NCBI GenBank assembly: GCA_043228905.1
Contig: JBHGNT010000004.1
Location: 7,316,001 to 7,380,000, forward strand
Length of the DNA stretch: 64,000 nucleotides
Source: Azolla caroliniana
Lineage: Eukaryota; Plantae; Polypodiophyta
Direction: 5' to 3'
The notes under the pieces were generated by a model. It was not told the DNA's origin and searched no databases. It worked only from the letters and a program-made list of their open reading frames with translations. The translations under genes and the position numbers were made by a program. Positions within the stretch are counted from its first letter, which is position 1. Each line of letters opens with the position of its first letter. Below are positions 49,701 through 61,219 of the stretch, in pieces.

Positions 49701-52334
49701 AGCGCGTAACAGTGTACAGAGAGTGAGAGAGAGAGGAAGAGGTCGTTGCCTCTGTTGTAACCGCCGCCTATGGCGAAGATCGTGAGCACGAGGTCGTTGC
49801 CTACGTGAACTCACTGTTGTATATTCTAATATAGTGATAGTTTGCAGCCTGTGGGCCGCCGTGGTTTTTCCCTTAGTTTGGGTTTCCCACGTAAACATCG
49901 TGTGCACTCCTTTCTCTTCTTTTTGTGTTGAACATCTATTTCCCGTTTTCTGTGTATGATTCTAAGCTCGGTTGTGGCCGAGCGTTGCGCATGGAGCTCT
50001 TTGAAGGCGGATAACACCTGATCCTTCGTCTTCAACGGTGTGGCCCATAGCTTCCAGCTATGGTCGTCTAAGAACGTCACAAAGTACTGCGATCCGGCAT
50101 GTGACTTCGTGTCCACTTGACACACATCAGTATGCACCAACTCTAGTGGTGCATTATGTCTCATCGGTGGCCTTGATCGGAAGGAGGTTCGGTTTTGTTT
50201 ACCGGCCAGACAATCAGTGCACTTCTCCAAGTGCACGTTCTTCACTGGAATGAGGTTGTCGTCTGCAAGCCTTTTCATCACCTTTTTGCTCATGTGACAC
50301 AGCCTCTTGTGCCACAGCTCACTGGTAGTGTCGGAAGCCACGTTGACTTCTTTCGGGCATAAGTGGGCATTGATCAGGTACAACGTGTTGACCTTCCGGG
50401 CCCGAGCCACAATCAGGCTCCCTTTGTTGAACTTCATAACAGCGTTCCAGATGCTACCCGTGTAGCCTTCATCATCTAGCCGACCGGCTGATATCAGGTT
50501 CAGTTGAACCTCCAGAACGTGTCAGACATCCTTCAGCAGCAGCTTGCATCCGGTTGGTGTTGTCAACCACACGTCTCCTATGCCGACAATTCGGCAGGTA
50601 CCTTCATTCCCCATCCGGACACGGCCGTGATCACCGGCTGTGCCGGATGAGAAGCATTTATGGTCCGGGGTAAGGTGGAACGACGCTCCGGAATCAACAA
50701 CCCATGTTGTCTGGTCGCCGGCAAGGTTTAACTCACTCTCCTCGGTGATGAGCATCAACTCTTCTTCACTTGCCGCGATTCCCGTTGTTCCGTTCCGGTC
50801 CGTTCCCCTCCGGTCTTTACCATTCCGGTCCGGTGTCTGCTTTGAATTGGTACCATCGGTTTCCTTGTCTTTTTGGAAGTGCCGACAGTTCTTCTGGAAG
50901 TGTCCCGGCTTGCCGCAATAGAAGCAGGTAGGCCTCCCCCTTGACTTTGATCGTGTTCCCGACTCCTCCTGGTTCTGGGGACTACGGTTCCTTTGTCTTC
51001 CGCGTTCCGATTCGGTAAGGAGCGCTTTGGAGTCGGAGCTCGTATCCTTATCTTTCCGACGCGCCTCCTCATCTAACAAGGTCGACTTCACTCTTGCTAG
51101 GGATAACCGTTTCCCTTCCGGCCCGGCATTGCCCAAAGTGACAACCAATGTCTCCCAGCTATCTGGGAGGGAACCGAGCAAGAGTAGTGCTAGTACCTCA
51201 TTGGCGAGAGGTACTTCTAATGATGTTGCCTGGTGTATCAGCGCCTGGAAGGCATTTATGTGCTCCGCCATGTTGGAGCCATCTTGGTACCATGATCTTA
51301 CTAGCTTCCGGAATACCGAAACCTGAATAACAACATATTTTTTCTGAAACATAATGCCGATCTTCTCCTAGAGCTCATGAGCCTTGGTCTCTTCATTGAA
51401 GTTGTTGTATAGACTCATGTCGATAAAGCACCGTATGTACACCGTTGTCTTCATGTGCATCACCTCCCATATCGTGGCATCGATTTTGTCCGGTCTCTTG
51501 TCCCCGAACTGAACCGGCAAGCAAAGTTCTTTGACCATGGGCATGTCCCTCATCTTCGACTTCCACACTGAATAGTTGGAGCCGGCGAGCTTGAACATGC
51601 CTCCCAACGAATCGTCCATTTTTCTGTGTCGTCTCGCTCTAATACCAGTTTGACAGGAATACAATTTCCTTAAGCTATGCTCGGCCACAACCGAGACGTC
51701 GGATCAAGCACAGAAAACAGGGATGTGGTGAGATGTATCTAAACACGAAACAGTAAAGAAGAGAGTGCATTGGATGTTAACGTGGAAAACCCAAATCTGG
51801 GAAAAACCATGGCAGCCCTCGGACTGCAAAATATCACTATATCAAGATTACAACAATGGGGCATAGAGGCAACGACCTCTTGCTCCCTCACTTCGCCACC
51901 AGGCGGTTACAATAGAGGCAACGACCTCTTCCTCTCTCTCTCTCTTCTCTGTACGCAGTTGCACTCTGAATTATGGCCACAACGATAATAATACAACCAA
52001 CTCTATTTCATACATTATTAGGTTTGCCCTAGGTCGTATTTATACTAATATGACTTTCGGGCTATTTACAAATATAGCCCTAGTGGGCTCTCTAGAACAT
52101 ATTTACATATATGTCCCTTCCATCCGGTGAGAGGTTCTCACCGGGCCTGCAACATCCGGTTCTCACCGGGTCTTCCGTTGCCGGGTACTCCACATCCAGT
52201 TCTCACCGGGTCTTCCGTTGCCGGGTACTCCACATCCGGTTCTCACTTGGTCTTCCGTTGCCGGGTACTCCACATCCGGTTTCGGCCTCGGCCGAGGTGC
52301 TCATCAACGCTGTTTTTCTCACTTCCCATCCGGA
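46734..52334 (-). mobile_element. Copia-5, Tork-like, inserted in Gypsy-C RT; both ends trimmed by deletions
   Basis: 3' LTR remnant 46734-46787 plus PPT; decayed gag-pol about 46798-51619; PBS 51636-51647; 5' LTR 51651-52334 with a 40-bp repeat unit; no TSD recoverable. Confidence 0.9.
49214..49988 (+). mobile_element. Solo Tork-like LTR, inverted, inside the Copia-5 integrase
   Basis: Starts tgttggg; five 54-bp repeats; about 25 bp missing at the 3' end; degenerate TSD gcttg/gcatg (related copies read gcgtg). Confidence 0.88.
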
Positions 52335-52339
52335 CGGCA

Positions 52340-54662
52340 CGAATATGGTCGACTACGAACTTTCGGCATCCCTGATCATCCATAATTTCATATTTTTCTT
52401 CTACCGCGCATCCTTTCATCGAAATGTCATCCAGGAATGACATCGTTATCTCCGGAATGCAATCTCGAAGCACCTTGTTCATCGCGTTCATCATGTGTGC
52501 AACCGAGTTTTTCGCTCCTTGTGGTAGTGTGCACATTCGGACTAATCCTATCGGTGTCCGCATGGTAGTGATGTCTCGGCTCTCCACGGCTAGTTGGAAT
52601 TGGTCATACCCTGAGTATAGGTCTCTGATGGAGTATATCGCACGACCGGCAAATGCTTCCGCAAATTCATCCACTATCGGACTGACTCCAGAGTTCTGGA
52701 TCATGACCTTGTTCATCGGTTGCAAGTCTTGGATAAATCGGAGTGACCCATTCTTCTTCGGAACCGTAAACCATCGATTTGAGTACGGAGCATTTGATGG
52801 CTCTAGAATCCCCATCGCTACCTTCTCCTTGAGCAAGTCGATGATTTTGGGAATATGCACCCACAGCACCAGAATCGGCTTCAGGTTCCACGGCACATGG
52901 TCAATCGTGAAGATCACCATCGGCTCCACTATCTTCGGATCAACGCACGCTATCTCCTTCGATGTGAATGCAAATGCTTTCCCATGTTGTTCCAACATCT
53001 CACGGAATCGCTCTTCTTCATTTTGTAAAAGGAAACCACCTCCACCGATCTGAGGTTTCTTCCGGGTCTCATCCGTGAAGGCATGTCCGATATCCACGGA
53101 CTTCCGAAGTGTCGAATTTCCCGAGACTTCTTTCCACTTTTGCTCGCTATCGGCAGGTAACGGTCCCGCGGCCGGTTTCACTTTCTCCTCCACGGTCTTG
53201 TATTTCATACTTACCATTGCTTCTTCTTTGCGGAGCGCATCTGGCCCCATTTTCCCAATGATCTCGTACATCTTGACTGATTCCACCGGGACTACCCGGT
53301 CTCCTTGGCTTTTATCCTCCAGAAGCTCTTCAAGCCGTTGTAGCGTGCTCCCATAGAAAACTTCTTCGACTACCCCCACGATTTCTTCGGCTTCGTTTAT
53401 TATTGATGCCAACCGCAACTTATCCCCTACTTTTCGGCATTCTTTCTTCTTTCCTCCGGTTATGGCCATGTACGCAGATGCCCCATCCGGACCGATTCGT
53501 TCTTGTTTTGCTCTGAGAGTTTTCTTTTTGTGTGGGCTATTAGGGCTTCCCGGACTATCACTTCCCCACTCTGCAACAGTCCGCTCTAAAAATCCATCCT
53601 TGTTTGGGACAAGAGCTCTCTCTTGTTCCTTTCATGATTTTCCGGCACAGTTAGGAATTGGACGAATTTCCCTCCGCTTGGCTCCGAATTCATGCGAAAG
53701 CCACACCGCTATTGAGCACCTTTGTCTCCATCTGTGAAGGCGTGATAAAGAGTTGCCCAAGGATCACAGAATGTGAGACCTCGTCTTGTACGAAGAAATT
53801 TTGGTCGATCTTGACATCCCCGATCTTCACCGTCAAATCCGAACAAGCCGCAAATAGATCTTCCATTGTTTAGTGGCTGCCCGGATCTTCCATCCATGGT
53901 TAGTGTTTATAGGCCACTTCCCCTTCCGGTAGAACTCCTTGGACATCAAATTGATCTCCAATCCGTGATCAATCAATGCTAGCACGGGCTCTTTGATATT
54001 GCCGATTCGGACCAGAGTCTCCATAGTTGCACGTGCCCAGTGTGGCCTTGTGTAGTGGGTGTTCGCATTTACCCTTGTCTTTTTCTCTTCACGAGATCCA
54101 CAAGAAGATCATGGAACTCCTTCGCTATTCCGAGTAATTCCCGAAGTGAAAATTCCACCCGGCTATCGAGGATTCTCTCCTCGAACACTATTTTCAAGTC
54201 CGTTTGTTGTTCGATGTCCAAGGCGAGTTTTGAATGCCGGAATCGTCCTTTCTTTCCCCTTCCCTCCGGAGTTCCAGCTTTCTGGTGTCTTTGATGGTTC
54301 GGCTGCATCATCTGTACACCGTCAATTCTCGTCTACATACACCTCATGCAATTGGCATAGGGCGTGTACACTATTCTTATCTACGGGACAATCCCATCCC
54401 ATAGCTTCTCGGATGCCTTCCGCGGTGCTTCAGATATCATTCGAATCGGTTTTCTCGGGGTTTTCTAGCACTTTCGGCCAAAAAGATGCCTTTGCTCCTG
54501 ATGACTCCCTAACACGTATTTCCGCGGTTGTCGCATAGTTGCTTTTCACCGCTATTTCCTCCTTGAGGACCTTCTTCATGCTGCCTTTCCAGAAGTTCGG
54601 TCGGAGTGGCTTCCGAGAGTCCATCGAATGGATCCGATTTCCCTTGTAGTAGATAAGATCCC
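52340..54662 (-). pseudogene. Gypsy-C gag C-terminus, protease and RT
   Basis: LALIDHGLEINLM protease; RT with RFIQDLQP, DLYSGYDQF, TLPQGAKNSVA and SFLDD. Confidence 0.88.
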
Positions 54663-55041
54663 TGAAAGGAACTACACGCTCCGATGAACACCGCTCGGCC
54701 ACAACCGAGTCTAAGATCAAAACACAGAAAACGGGAATGAATACACACGACACACAGGAGAGAAGAGAACACAGGATGCTTAACGTGGAAAACCCTGAGA
54801 GGGAAAAACCACGGGAGTCCACAGACTCCAAACTATCACTATATCACAATGGTTACAACAGTGAGTTCACGGAGGCGACGACCTCGTGCTCACGATCTTC
54901 GCCACAGGCGGCGGTTACAACAGAGGCAACGACCTCTTCCTCTCTCTCTCTCTCTCTGTACACTGTTACGCGCTCTAATCTTGCGCGAACAAGAATGACA
55001 ACAACAACAATGATCTGTTTGCCCTAAGTCATATTTATACT
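54663..55041 (-). mobile_element. Partial Tork-like LTR fused by deletion to the Tcn1-like LTR
   Basis: Starts tgaaaggaac; homologous to the R/U5 half of the Copia-2/3 LTRs; stops at the TATA region with a tact microhomology. Confidence 0.88.
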
Positions 55042-55088
55042 CTTCTTAGTACTAATTCCATCTCTGCTTTAGTACTATTCCTGACAGT

Positions 55089-55100
55089 TTGAACCAATTT
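55089..55100 (+). promoter_or_regulatory. Putative self-priming PBS
   Basis: ttgaaccaattt is the exact reverse complement of LTR 60117-60128, which lies 33 nt after TATAAAA (60084); no TGG tRNA-type PBS is present. Confidence 0.75.
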
Positions 55101-55162
55101 ATTCCTCTTTCCTACAACCTACTTGTCGTTCTCCCTCATCCTCCTACCCTTTTCCCTCTACT

Positions 55163-56320
55163 ATGGCTACTGTTAACGCCCAAGAATATCAATCCGTTTT
55201 CTCCGAGTTACAGTGCCTAAAAGAAAATTTTGTTGCCCTGGAACAAGAAAACCAACGGCTGATAGGGGATCTGCAACAAATCGCTCTAGAAAAGCAACAA
55301 ACGCAGCAACAACATGGGGAGTTAGCGTTACGGGTGCAACAACTCGAAGCGGTATTGCAACAACAAGGATCAAGTCCCCAAGGATTTCATAAAGAGCCGA
55401 AGATTGGACTTCTTGCGAAATTTGATGGAACGCGATCGCAATTCAGGGGATTCCTTAATCAGGTACGATTAGTCCTCCAAATGCATCCTTCCCGATACCC
55501 CACTGATGCATCCCGAGTCGGCTTAATAGGCACGTTGCTTAGCGGCTCAGCCTTAGCATGGTTCGCTCCGCTTCTAGAAAAACAATCGCCCTTGCTTAAT
55601 AACTTTGAAGATTTTATTAGTGAGTTCAAAGCCTGCTTTGGAGACACCGACAGCATCAGGACGGCGATCAACAAGATCCGGCGATTGCGTCAAGGCGATC
55701 GTCCAGCCTCTGCCTATGCGGCAGATTTCCACCTACTCGCTTTCGACATACCCTGGGATGATCAAGCACTAATGGAGCAGTTTCGCTATGGTCTGCGAAA
55801 TGATGTCAAAGATCTACTTCTAACCTTCCCCGAAGAACCAAAGTCTCTTACGGAGGCAATTAGTCGAACGGTCCGATGTGACAACCGCCTCTTCGAACGA
55901 CGTTTGGAACGTCAATTACAGATACCACGCGCTAGGCCGGAGCCCACTTACGCCGTAGTTGCGACTAGACCGTTTGCACGAGACATACCTCAAGCAAATA
56001 CTTCGACACCGATGGAGATCGATATCATGCGTCGATACGGCCCGTTATCGGAAGAAGAAAAGCAACGACGACGTGCAAATCGATTATGTCTTTATTGCGG
56101 TGGACCAGGGCATATCACAATCAGTTGTCCCCATAGGCCAAGAAGACAGGTAAATCAAATTGTAGCCTGTACTAAACCCGAGTCAATTCTTCCCTTAGGA
56201 GTGTCTGATAGTATTAATAGTACTAATAGAGTGTTTGATAGTATTCATAGTACTAATAGCCCAAGTATCTCAAATAAATTTGAAATCCTTAGTCAATTAG
56301 ATGAAGAGTTAAACGATTGA
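55163..56320 (+). CDS. Tcn1-like Gag (coiled coil, capsid, CCHC)
   Basis: KFDGTRSQFRGFLNQ..LSGSALAW..LRQG..YAADF; CLYCGGPGHITISC; intact 385-aa ORF. Confidence 0.9.
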   Translation: MATVNAQEYQSVFSELQCLKENFVALEQENQRLIGDLQQIALEKQQTQQQHGELALRVQQLEAVLQQQGSSPQGFHKEPKIGLLAKFDGTRSQFRGFLNQVRLVLQMHPSRYPTDASRVGLIGTLLSGSALAWFAPLLEKQSPLLNNFEDFISEFKACFGDTDSIRTAINKIRRLRQGDRPASAYAADFHLLAFDIPWDDQALMEQFRYGLRNDVKDLLLTFPEEPKSLTEAISRTVRCDNRLFERRLERQLQIPRARPEPTYAVVATRPFARDIPQANTSTPMEIDIMRRYGPLSEEEKQRRRANRLCLYCGGPGHITISCPHRPRRQVNQIVACTKPESILPLGVSDSINSTNRVFDSIHSTNSPSISNKFEILSQLDEELND

Positions 56321-59300
56321 GTCCAGCCAAAATAGGAGCCGTTTGGTTGGACAACAGCCCTAGATCTGTACAGCCCATTAGTGGTTCCATTCCTTCCAAG
56401 CAAGTTAGCAATGTGTTCCTAGCCCAAGTCATTGTTAGTACTAAAAGTACTCCCCCAGTACCCGTCCTAGCACTTTTAGATTCCGGAGCTAATTCCTGTT
56501 TCATGGATCGAAATTTTGCCCAAGCTTCTCAGATATCCTTAAGAAAACTTCCTTGTCCCGCATCTGTAGTAGTCATTGATGGTCGTCCCATTGCTTCCGG
56601 GAATATTGTAGAAGAATCAGAACCCATTCAAGTTGTCCTAGGTAGTTTTGTGTGTGTAATATCATTTAATATAATTAGTAGTCCAGAGCATCCCATTGTC
56701 CTAGGATTACCTTGGTTTGAATTACATAATCCAGCCATAGATTGGAGAACAAGAGAAGTCCGATATCGACCACCCCAAGAATCAACTCACCAAGTTTCGA
56801 CCATTTCACTCCATCAACTACGCGAAGAAGGACCCAAGGAGGCAATGTTCCTATTTGCAATATCAGTACATCCTTCAAGCACTATTAAGAAGGACTCCTC
56901 ACTACAACTTCCAGCAAAATATCATCCTTATGCCGATGTATTTGACAAGGTAAAAGCCGGTACCCTTCCTCATCACTGTCCCTATGACTGTCCCATCGAT
57001 TTACAACCAGGAACCGAGCCACCATGGGGACCAATTTACAACTTGTCACCCACCGAGTTAGAAGTCCTTCGAGCCTACATAGAGGAGAACTTGGCAAGCG
57101 GGTTCATCCGCCATTCGAAATCTCCGGCCGGTGCACCCATCTTCTTTGTCAAGAAGAAAGATGGCTCACTTCGTCTTGTCGTTGATTACCTCGGATTGAA
57201 TAAAGTCACCATCCGGAATAGGTATGCACTTCCTCTTATATCAAGTCTTTTAGAGCGAGTTAATGGTGCCAAGTTTTTTACTAAAATCGACCTACGAGGA
57301 GCGTATAACCTCGTGCGGATCCGACCGGGAGATGAGTGGAAGACCGCCTTTCGCACACGGTATGCGCATTTCGAGTATACTGTTATGCCGTTTGGCCTAA
57401 CCAATGCACCCGCAGTCTTCCAACACATGGCAAATGATATATTCAGAGACCTCTTGGATATCTATTTGATCATTTATCTGGATGATCTATTGATTTATTC
57501 AAAGACCCAGGAAGAGCACGATTCTCATGTACTATTAGTACTAAAGCGACTCCGCGAGAATGGTCTTTATGCCAAGCTAGAAAAATGTAGCTTTGACTGC
57601 AAGCAAGTGGAATTTCTAGGCTATGTCATCTCCTCAAAGGGCATCGCCATGGATCCAGCTAAAATCCAAACTATACTAGAGTGGCAAATTCCACGGTCGG
57701 TACGAGATGTACAATGTTTTCTAGGTTTTGCTAACTTCTACCGTAAGTTTATACAAGATTACTCGAAGATTATTTTACCTCTCACACAACTTACGAAGAA
57801 GGGCCAAGCATTTCTTTGGTCCATAGAAGCAGATATGGCTTTTCGGCATCTTAAGAAAGCCTTTACATCAGCACCGATTCTAGCTCATGTGGATACAAGC
57901 AAACCATTAATCATGGAGGCCGACGCATCAGATTTTTCCCTCGGTAGCATCCTTTCTCAACAAGGTGATAAAGAAGAGTTGCATCCGGTGGCTTTCCATT
58001 TGCGCAAATTCGATGTCGTAGAAATCAACTACGAAATGCATGACAAGGAGTTATTAGCCATCATGGATTCATTTGTACAATGGCGGCATTTCTTAGAGGG
58101 CTCTCCACATCAAGTCATTGTCTTTAGCGATCATAAAAATCTTGCTTATTTTCAGATCGCTCGCGTACTAAATCGACGGCAAGCTTGGTGGGCGCAATTC
58201 CTCACGCGTTTCGACTTCAAAATCACATATCGACCGGGGAAGCAGCAAGGAAAAGCAGATGCACTATCACGGCGTTCATATCTTGCACCTCGTCCTGGTG
58301 ACGCAACATTTGATAATCAAAAGCAAGTAATCTTGGGACCAACACAATTGCACACGACGCGGATTTTTCACACCCCGATGGATTCACGGATTACCGATGA
58401 CATACGTGCAACCTTGAAGACAGATAGTTTTGCTCAAGACATCCTGGCGCACATTGATACTTCTCGGGCATCCTGTTCTCAGTCTCAACAACCAGGTATT
58501 GACTACCGACAATTCGAATATCATGATGGTTTGTTATTCTTTAAAAAGCGCGTATATGTCCCGGATTGCTCCTGTCGCCTTCTAATCGTCCAACATTGTC
58601 ACGACACCCATACGGCGGGAAATTTCGGTAGTACTAAGACGTTGGAGCTAGTGCAGCGATCTTTTTGGTGGCCCCACATGCGCCGTTTTGTCGACGACTA
58701 CGTTCGGACCTGTGATGCTTGCTGCCGAGCAAAGATGCCACGACACCATCCAGATGGCTTGTTGGAACCCTTACCGATTCCAAGTAAGCCATGGCAGTCT
58801 ATTTGTCTTGATTTTATCACAGATCTGCCAGTCTCGAATGGGTTCGATGCTATCCTAACCGTCGTCGATCGATATACGAAGATGGCACATTTTGTGCCAT
58901 GTACTAAAGCTATCACTAGCGAGGAAACCACCGCTCTTGTTATGCGTGAGGTATTTCGGCATCATGGCCTCCCAAACAGTATTATCAGTGATCGAGGCCC
59001 ACAATTTGTCTCCAAATTTTGGTAGCATCTCTTCAAGATGCTCAAGGTCTCCTGCAACCTCTCCTCCGGCTACCATCCTCAGATCAACGGGCAAGCGGAA
59101 CGAACAAACCAAACGCTGGAGCAATATCTCCGGTGTTTCCTGAGTTATCAACAGGACGATTGGGCCAAGATTCTCCACTTTGCGGAGTTTGCGTATAATA
59201 ATGTTATTCACTCCTCGACTCGGGTCTCCCCATTTTTCGCTTATACCGGTTTCCATCCTCGCTGGTTGGTGATCGACACTCCGGAGCTACCTACCAACCC

Positions 59301-59889
59301 TCGTGCCGAGGATCATTTGGAGAGGCTACGCAAGATCCAGATGGATCTCTCTACTCACCTTCTTCATGCTCAACACACACAAAAGACTTATGTGGATCGT
59401 CATCGGATTCCCTCCTCTTTTGCCATCGGAGATCGAGTATGGCTCTTACGTCGTCACATCAAGAGTACTCGACTGTGCGATAAGTTGGATTATCGACGAC
59501 TCGGTCCTTTCCGTATTACGGGTAAGATTAATGATGTCACCTTCCACCTTGATCTCCCTCCGCAGCTTCAGATACATCCGGTTTTCCATTGTTCTCTTCT
59601 TGAACCTTATAAAGCAAGCACCATTCCCGATCGTGTGACACCACCGCCGCCCCCGCTGGAGTTGGACGTTGGCCCAGAGTATGAAGTTGTTGCCATCCTC
59701 GATTCCAAACTTGTTCGCAACAAACTTTATTACTTGGTCGATTGTCTCGGTTATAGTCCAGGCGAATGTACTTGGGAACCCGTCGAGCATGTTGCCAATG
59801 CACAAGATCTTCTTGTTGATTTCCACCGAAAGTATCCGGACAAACCCGATCCGCAATTAGCGCCGACTCGTTCCACTCGTCGTCTTTAA
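56305..59889 (+). pseudogene. Tcn1-like Pol (PR-RT-RH-INT-chromodomain) in the -1 frame, with one in-frame stop at 59023
   Basis: LLDSGA; DLRGAYNLVRI, YLDD; ADASD; DFITDLP, SDRGPQF; EYEVVAILDS..YLVD..TWEP. Confidence 0.9.
56308..56363 (+). promoter_or_regulatory. Putative -1 ribosomal frameshift signal
   Basis: G TTA AAC heptamer, 6-nt spacer, and an 11-bp stem 56321-56331/56342-56352. Confidence 0.75.
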
Positions 59890-60324
59890 GGGGGAGATAG
59901 TGTTATGATATGGCAAGACTCGAACCCATGACCTTATGCTACATGGGTCGAGCTCTTACCATTAGACTATGAATTGTAATTTGTAGGATATTATTTTCAT
60001 TTATGTTTTATCATAGAAAATTGATGTATATTCCAGATCTCTTTGGAACATTCTAGAAGCTTCAGGATTATTCCTAAAAACACTATAAAAGGAGGCACAA
60101 GGCATTGTTTTGAACCAAATTGGTTCAACACCAGTCTTAAGCCTCTTAGCCGATTTGTACTTATCTTTCATATAATATAAGAGCTGTTGTTATCATCCTA
60201 TCTCTCTCTCTCCTCTTCTCACTTCCTCTCTCTCGGGAATCTTACGCAGTCCTGTCCTCTTAGTACTAATAGTACTACTCTTCTTAGTACTAATTCCATC
60301 TCTGCTTTAGTACTATTCCTGACA

Positions 60325-61190
60325 CCGATCATGTTCGGTGCTATCGTACCATATGCACCGACGGTCCATATACTTGGAGCTTATGGGACGGTCATCCGAC
60401 TTCTTTACCATCACGATTTTCAAATTCTCCATTTGTTTCAGCAACTGCTCCACCGTGGTTGCATTGATTCCCTTCTCGGTCGTAGTCTCCCGAGCCCGCG
60501 GTTGATGTTCTTCCAATCCGGATCTCGGTTTCGGAATTGGTTCTGAAACCCTCTTTTCTTCTCTAGCAAGCCATTTCCCCCTCTTCGTGTATCGCGCAAT
60601 GATATCCCGCACACTTTCCCATGTTTCGGTGAGGCCACTCTCAGTGGTCGTGTCCTCCAAAAGCACTCCAAGATCTTTCCGGTCCCGGATGTCCACGGCT
60701 CGTAGGAACATGATCACTTTGTCCGGTGCGAGGATAGCTTGATCTCTCCTAGACAACCTCCCGAACCAACTTTCGAATGACGAAAACACATCGAGGACCT
60801 TCATCCCCTTATCCGGTGTTTCCACCCAATCTTCGAATCCCCTCCCCGTTGCCTTGGAGGAGTCCTCAATGGTGAACGTGGTCTTTAGCGCCTCTTCAAA
60901 TGTCTCCCACGTCGGATTTTGTTGCCGTATCCCGTGGATACTCCCTTGAAGCCCATCAGTCGCTACCTGGTTGAAGGATGTCACTTGCAGTCCTTCCGAA
61001 ATCCCGCACCGTAGCATTTCCGGCTTGTAATCTCGCAAATATCGGGACACGTCTTTCCCGTTGAATTGCCCATTCTGTTGCACAAGCCGATCTACTGCCG
61101 CCGCAATCTCCGACATTGCGCGTTGTTCTTGTAGCATCCGCTCAAACATCGTCATCATGTTGTTAGCCGTCGGTTGATTTTCCATCTCCT
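60325..61190 (-). pseudogene. Gypsy-C gag N-terminal part
   Basis: FNGKDVSRYL..TWETFEEAL; decayed knuckle CIWYDSTEHDR, cut by the Tcn1-like insertion. Confidence 0.82.
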
Positions 61191-61203
61191 TGCCACCTGG
61201 TTT

Positions 61204-61219
61204 CACGTTGGGTTCACCA
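61204..61219 (-). promoter_or_regulatory. Gypsy-C PBS, tRNA-Trp-like
   Basis: tggtgaacccaacgtg matches the complement of the plant tRNA-Trp 3' end (CACGTCGGGTTCACCA, recalled) with one mismatch. Confidence 0.7.

Larger units (their letters stand above)
55038..60324 (+). mobile_element. Tcn1/Tf1-sushi-like chromovirus inserted in Gypsy-C gag; 5' LTR truncated
   Basis: 5' LTR remnant 55038-55086; 3' LTR 59901-60324; PPT aagggggagatag 59888-59900; PEG10-like Gag and group I chromodomain. Confidence 0.9.

Noticed and set aside
59901-59975. Functional tRNA gene (also 44305-44383)
   Set aside because: Acceptor and anticodon stems do not pair; kept only as a tRNA-derived promoter-like module.
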